In this document: in pieces, positions 60,041 to 64,000 of the stretch
Layout: each line of letters begins with the position of its first letter
How positions within the stretch are numbered: position 1 is the first letter of the stretch
Source: Truepera sp.
GTDB lineage: Bacteria; Deinococcota; Deinococci; Deinococcales; Trueperaceae
Direction: 5' to 3'
NCBI GenBank assembly: GCA_965218435.1
Contig: CBDCKW010000009.1
Coordinates: 3,232,001-3,296,000, forward strand
DNA: 64,000 nt
The notes under the pieces: model-generated
Told to the model about the DNA's origin: nothing
Databases searched by the model: none
Seen by the model: only the letters and a program-made list of their open reading frames with translations
Position numbers and translations under genes: made by a program

Positions 60041-60724
60041 ATGCTTATCTGTTTTGACCTAGACGATACCTTGTTCGACCACGGCAGCGCACAAGAGACT
60101 GCGGCACAAGAGTTTGGTAAGACTTACGGAGACCAATTGGCTGAGTTTAAGGGCACGTTTGCGGACACTTGGCGAGCGGCGGCGGAGAAACACGTCGAAG
60201 TCTTTTTGCGCGGCGACATCTCATTTCAAGAGCAGCGCCGCAGGCGTATTCATGAACTGATGACAGCTGAACTAAGCGACGACGAAGCCGACGAGTTTTT
60301 CAGCTTATACCTTGAAATCTACGAGGCTAACTGGACTTTGTTTGACGATGTGAAAGCTTGCTTAGCGGAGCTTGCTGACATGAAGCCTAGCAGCTATCAG
60401 CTGGGGATTATCACCAACGGTACCGAGACGCAGCAACTTCGTAAGCTGAAAACGCTGGGCATTTCAACCTATTTTGATTTTGTCTTAAGCGCCGATGGCG
60501 TGGGCACTGCTAAACCTCATCCGGCGATGTTTCAACGAGCAGAGCAGCTCACCCGGCTGACAAAGCTCGTTTATATCGGGGACGACCTGGCACTCGACGC
60601 CGAAGCCGCGACTCGAGCGGGTTGGTACGGCGTCTGGCTCGACCGGCGACGTCTCGGCTCATCTACACTCTTGCCTACAATTCATACGTTGCTCGAACTT
60701 CCGGCGCTCATCCGAGAGTTTTAA
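60041..60724 (+). CDS. HAD-superfamily hydrolase
   Basis: FDLDDTL, ITNG, KPHP and IGDD. Confidence 0.93.
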   Translation: MLICFDLDDTLFDHGSAQETAAQEFGKTYGDQLAEFKGTFADTWRAAAEKHVEVFLRGDISFQEQRRRRIHELMTAELSDDEADEFFSLYLEIYEANWTLFDDVKACLAELADMKPSSYQLGIITNGTETQQLRKLKTLGISTYFDFVLSADGVGTAKPHPAMFQRAEQLTRLTKLVYIGDDLALDAEAATRAGWYGVWLDRRRLGSSTLLPTIHTLLELPALIREF

Positions 60725-60801
60725 GCCGCGCTTGGGCTCGAGCCCGAGCAAATCCCACCCTCGTGCTTTAGGTGTTCGCTTTTAGGTATTCGCTACTCGG
60801 T

Positions 60802-61359
60802 TCAGGGCAAAACCAAATCGGTCTCGATGGTTTCGGGTAAGGGGTATCCTAAGGCGCGTCCAAACGCCAGCATCTGTCCTTTATGGTGAGACTCGTGCGT
60901 GACGTTCCTCATGAAGACCCAACGTTGCGTCACCACCGTGCGGCGACCGCTAGCCTTTGTGATCTCGAAGGGGTGATCCAAGTGGTCGAAGGTTTCGAAC
61001 GCCCGTTCCATGAGGTCATTCACCTGGAGAAACTGGCCGCGCATGGCGCTCACATCCGTCAAACGTAGGGTTTCGGCCCGTTCCAGCGCGATGATGGCCT
61101 CTATTCGAGCTGCGTGTGTAGCAACCTCTGCAGGAGGCAAAGCAGCGAGCTGCTGGTAGGGCTCAACCCCCAGACAGAAACGGCCCACAAACCACTCGTA
61201 CATATTCGCTACATGCGCGTGGACGTCACGAAGGCTGCTCGAGGGCAGACCCGGCTGATCTTGCAGGTACACCCGGCTCGGCAAGGATTCCGTGTACTCG
61301 AAGAGTCGTTCTCTCGTGCGTTTCACCCAGTCATACATGAGGGGCAAGGATGGGTCCAT
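60802..61359 (-). CDS. DinB-family protein
   Basis: SLRDVHAHVA and THESHHKGQ. AGGAGG SD. Confidence 0.88.
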   Translation of the reverse strand: MDPSLPLMYDWVKRTRERLFEYTESLPSRVYLQDQPGLPSSSLRDVHAHVANMYEWFVGRFCLGVEPYQQLAALPPAEVATHAARIEAIIALERAETLRLTDVSAMRGQFLQVNDLMERAFETFDHLDHPFEITKASGRRTVVTQRWVFMRNVTHESHHKGQMLAFGRALGYPLPETIETDLVLP

Positions 61360-61426
61360 GCTGGCCTCCTGCGTCACGCTATCATGTTTATCTTTTGCCC
61401 TCCAACCGGACCCCACCCCAAAGACT

Positions 61427-61980
61427 TTAGGAAACTGCAGGACGGTACTCGAGCGCAACGAGTCTGGAGTCAAGTACCTTGCTCTCAACCAGTTCTAGGT
61501 TGATGTCCGGGAGTTCAGCAAAGATCGGCTCCCTTCCCGTAGCTCCGAGAATTTGAGGAAAGACCATCAGCCGCAATCTATCAACCAGCCCGGTTTGCAG
61601 CAGGTTCTTCATCAATGACAGGCTACCTATCGTGCATATGGGATCGCCCGTCTGCCGCTTTAATGCCCTAATCTCATCTAAGTCTGATGCCAATTAAGTC
61701 TGATACCAATGTGGAGTTTGACCATGCCTGCGGTTCTTTTAGGGTTGACCACCAGCTTGGGAAGTTCGTTCATCCGTTTGCTAGGCTCATCAGACCCAGA
61801 CTGTGAGATACCCGCCATCATTTCGTACGTCACCCGTCCCATCAGCAGAATCTGGGGTGTTGCCGATTGTTCGTCAATCCACCGCTCGAGGTCAGGGCCG
61901 AAGTAACCGAAATAGGCGGGAGCACCTTCGCCTAAAGCAAAGCCGTCGAGGGTGATGATATCTGCGACAAACTCTCTTAT
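61427..61980 (-). pseudogene. DHFR-like (RibD C-terminal) pseudogene
   Basis: ATA at the expected start, TLDGF, MGRVTY and GLVDRLRLMVFP. Two frameshifts: one near 61750 and a 16-bp tandem duplication TTGG(T/C)ATCAGACTTA at about 61679-61710. Confidence 0.85.
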
Positions 61981-62047
61981 CTTGATCCTTTCTGGATGCT
62001 TGCGCTGGGCTTTATGAAATCTGCAAACCACGAAACTGTCGGCTGGC

Positions 62048-62632
62048 TCAGTGACGGACGCGGTAGCGGATGTGAGTGGCTTCCGGGGTGTCGATCACCC
62101 GCACAATCTCTAGTTCGGTAGGCGACGGCAACACGTCGAACAGCCGTCGGCCACTCCCGAGCAGCACCGGAATCTGATGGATTTGCAATTCGTCGAGTAC
62201 CCCGGCCTCGAGCGCCCGTTGCGCCGTGGTCGCGCCATGCACCAGCACGTTCCGATCCCCGGCGGCGGCCTTCGCCTGTGCCATCGCGCTAGTGATCCCA
62301 TCGGCGGCGTAGGTTACCAACGGATAGTTCGCGACGGACGGTTCGGGCGGCCGGTGACTGGGCACAAAGACCGGGACACCGTGGTGATCGCCGCCCCAGT
62401 GATCGACCTGCTCCATGGTCCGCCGGCCCACGACGACCGCGCCGGTCGCCTTGCCTTCGTCCAGAAACTGTCCGGCCACTCCGGACGACTGAGTGGATTC
62501 CCCGTCCGGGCCGAATCCGTACCAGTCGTGCAGTCGCATGAAGCCGTCGCCCCCTGGGTTGCCCGGCTCGTCATTCGGTCCCGCGATGTACCCGTCAAGC
62601 GACATCGACATGTAGAGGACAGTCTTTCCCAC
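62048..62632 (-). CDS. DHFR-like (RibD C-terminal) protein
   Basis: MSMSLDGYIAGP, GRRT and LDELQIHQIPVLLGSG. Confidence 0.9.
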   Translation of the reverse strand: MGKTVLYMSMSLDGYIAGPNDEPGNPGGDGFMRLHDWYGFGPDGESTQSSGVAGQFLDEGKATGAVVVGRRTMEQVDHWGGDHHGVPVFVPSHRPPEPSVANYPLVTYAADGITSAMAQAKAAAGDRNVLVHGATTAQRALEAGVLDELQIHQIPVLLGSGRRLFDVLPSPTELEIVRVIDTPEATHIRYRVRH

Positions 62633-62635
62633 GCT

Positions 62636-63130
62636 TCATCTCCTCGCTTCTTGCGCCAAAAATGCCTCGAGCCTGTCCCAAGTTTCGTTCAGTCCCGCTT
62701 CCATGCCCATATCCAGAACGCGCTTAAGCTCCTCAGCCGACCCGAAGACCGTACGGCTGATAACTTTTGTCTCGTCTTCCAGAGCTTCAAAACTAACGGT
62801 GATTTGCAGCTGCGGCGTGCCTTCAAGCACATTGCCGTCACTGTCTACAAAGTTATCTGTATAGGTAATTTTTTCCGGCGGTTGGATGTCTCGGTACACG
62901 GCTTTGCCCCAGCTCTCCTCCCCGCCGGGGCCGCGCATACAGTAGAGCCAAGTGCCACCAGGGCGAAAGTCCAGCTCGCATACAGGCAGCGTCCAACCTT
63001 TCGGCCCCCACCACTGTTTGAGATGTTCAGGTTTGCTGAACGCTTCAAAAACCAGTTCTCGAGGCGCATTAAAAACGCGTTCTACAACGAAAGTGCGGTC
63101 AGTGAGCGTAGCTGCATTATTCTGATTCAT
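62636..63130 (-). CDS. SRPBCC/AHSA1-domain protein
   Basis: ERVFNAPRELVF, WWGP and LDFRPGG. Confidence 0.92.
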   Translation of the reverse strand: MNQNNAATLTDRTFVVERVFNAPRELVFEAFSKPEHLKQWWGPKGWTLPVCELDFRPGGTWLYCMRGPGGEESWGKAVYRDIQPPEKITYTDNFVDSDGNVLEGTPQLQITVSFEALEDETKVISRTVFGSAEELKRVLDMGMEAGLNETWDRLEAFLAQEARR

Positions 63131-63473
63131 CTTTCTTCTCCTTTTGCGGCTTTTGTAAAGCCTCTAGATACTCTTCCAGGCGGTCGAAACTTTCTTCCCA
63201 AAACTGCCTAAACGGAACCACCCAGTCGTAAATCGTTTTTAGGCGCTCGCCGTTGAGCCTATATAAACGCCGCTGACCCGACGTGCGCACTGTAACTAGC
63301 CCCACCTCCTTTAAGACGCGCAGATGTTTGGAAACTTGCGGCTGTCTCGCACCCGTCGCTTCGACCAGTTCGCTCACTGAGCGTTCCCCACCTGCCAGCA
63401 CGTTTAAGATGTCGCGCCGCTGCGCCTCGCCGACAGCGTTAAAAACATCCGAGTTGGTCGCCGAACGTGCCAT
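63117..63473 (-). CDS. ArsR-family regulator (SRPBCC-associated type)
   Basis: QPQVSKHLRVL and FWEESFDRLEEYL. Confidence 0.92.
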   Translation of the reverse strand: MARSATNSDVFNAVGEAQRRDILNVLAGGERSVSELVEATGARQPQVSKHLRVLKEVGLVTVRTSGQRRLYRLNGERLKTIYDWVVPFRQFWEESFDRLEEYLEALQKPQKEKKDESE

Positions 63474-63479
63474 GAATTC

Positions 63480-63509
63480 AGCATATTCTTATATGGGAAT
63501 GTAAGTCAA
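63480..63509 (-). promoter_or_regulatory. Leaderless promoter with a palindromic operator
   Basis: TTGACT-N18-TATGCT-N6-ATG, with imperfect palindrome ATTCTTATATGGGAAT (63485-63500) in the spacer. Confidence 0.7.
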
Positions 63510-63632
63510 GTGAAAAAGGTTCGAAAATTCAACTAGGGCGTTTTGTATTCGCTCGAGGCGCGAGCCCCTACCTTAAACCTGAACTGAGACACCTTTCACG
63601 CATTTTTCGGCCCTAACCGCTATCATAGGCGC

Positions 63633-64000
63633 ATGACCTATAAAGCTACCCTCACCGCACTTGTGCTCGCGCTGGCACTGACCGCTTGCGCTCCCCGAAC
63701 TCAGCCCACCCCCACCGCACGGCCCCCAGCAACCCAAGGACAGCCGGGAACACCGACCAGGCCGAACGCACTCCCTAAAGGCAACCGCGTCCTGACCGAC
63801 CCCGCAGCCCTCGAGGTTGACCGCGCCGCCCGCCAAGCGTTTCACCTGATGGGGCTGGGCTACGCCCGTACGGGAACGTACAGCGTCAACGCTTTGGTTT
63901 CCGACCTCGAGCTCCCCAGCGGCGCACGGTGGGAACTCGAAGACTTGAAGCCCAACACCTATAAGCTCCGCTTTACGTCGGACAATGTACCGGATGTGGC
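63633..64000 (+). CDS. Lipoprotein, 3' end outside the window
   Basis: MTYKATLTALVLALALTAC lipobox, open to the window end. TATCAT lies 6 nt before the ATG. Confidence 0.75.
   Translation, partial: MTYKATLTALVLALALTACAPRTQPTPTARPPATQGQPGTPTRPNALPKGNRVLTDPAALEVDRAARQAFHLMGLGYARTGTYSVNALVSDLELPSGARWELEDLKPNTYKLRFTSDNVPDV

Overview
This is a GC-rich bacterial chromosomal window, most likely Deinococcota and Truepera-like. That assignment is inferred from gene content, many leaderless genes with a -10 box 5-7 nt before the start codon, and very frequent CTCGAG. Core genes are dnaX-ybaB-recR, topA, acnA, rsgA, a peptide ABC transporter and a class III aminotransferase. Accessory blocks include a decayed vapBC module, a coupled pair of divergent SPFH/band-7 membrane proteins, a general-stress cluster around a Mn-catalase, an intact IS5-family element, a SmtB/CzrA-type metal-efflux cluster, and an ArsR-SRPBCC-DHFR-like cluster with a pseudogene. 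The most notable signals are: (1) a complete -1 ribosomal frameshift cassette at the end of dnaX whose shifted product is the longer protein, the reverse of E. coli; (2) a sigma-70 region-4-like domain fused to the C-terminus of TopA; (3) the orphan SPFH pair; (4) an unannotated 28-aa leader ORF upstream of rsgA, now separated from it by the IS; and (5) a 1-kb intergenic region that appears to hold several small RNAs. No rRNA, tRNA or CRISPR array was seen. All calls were made by eye, without database searches.
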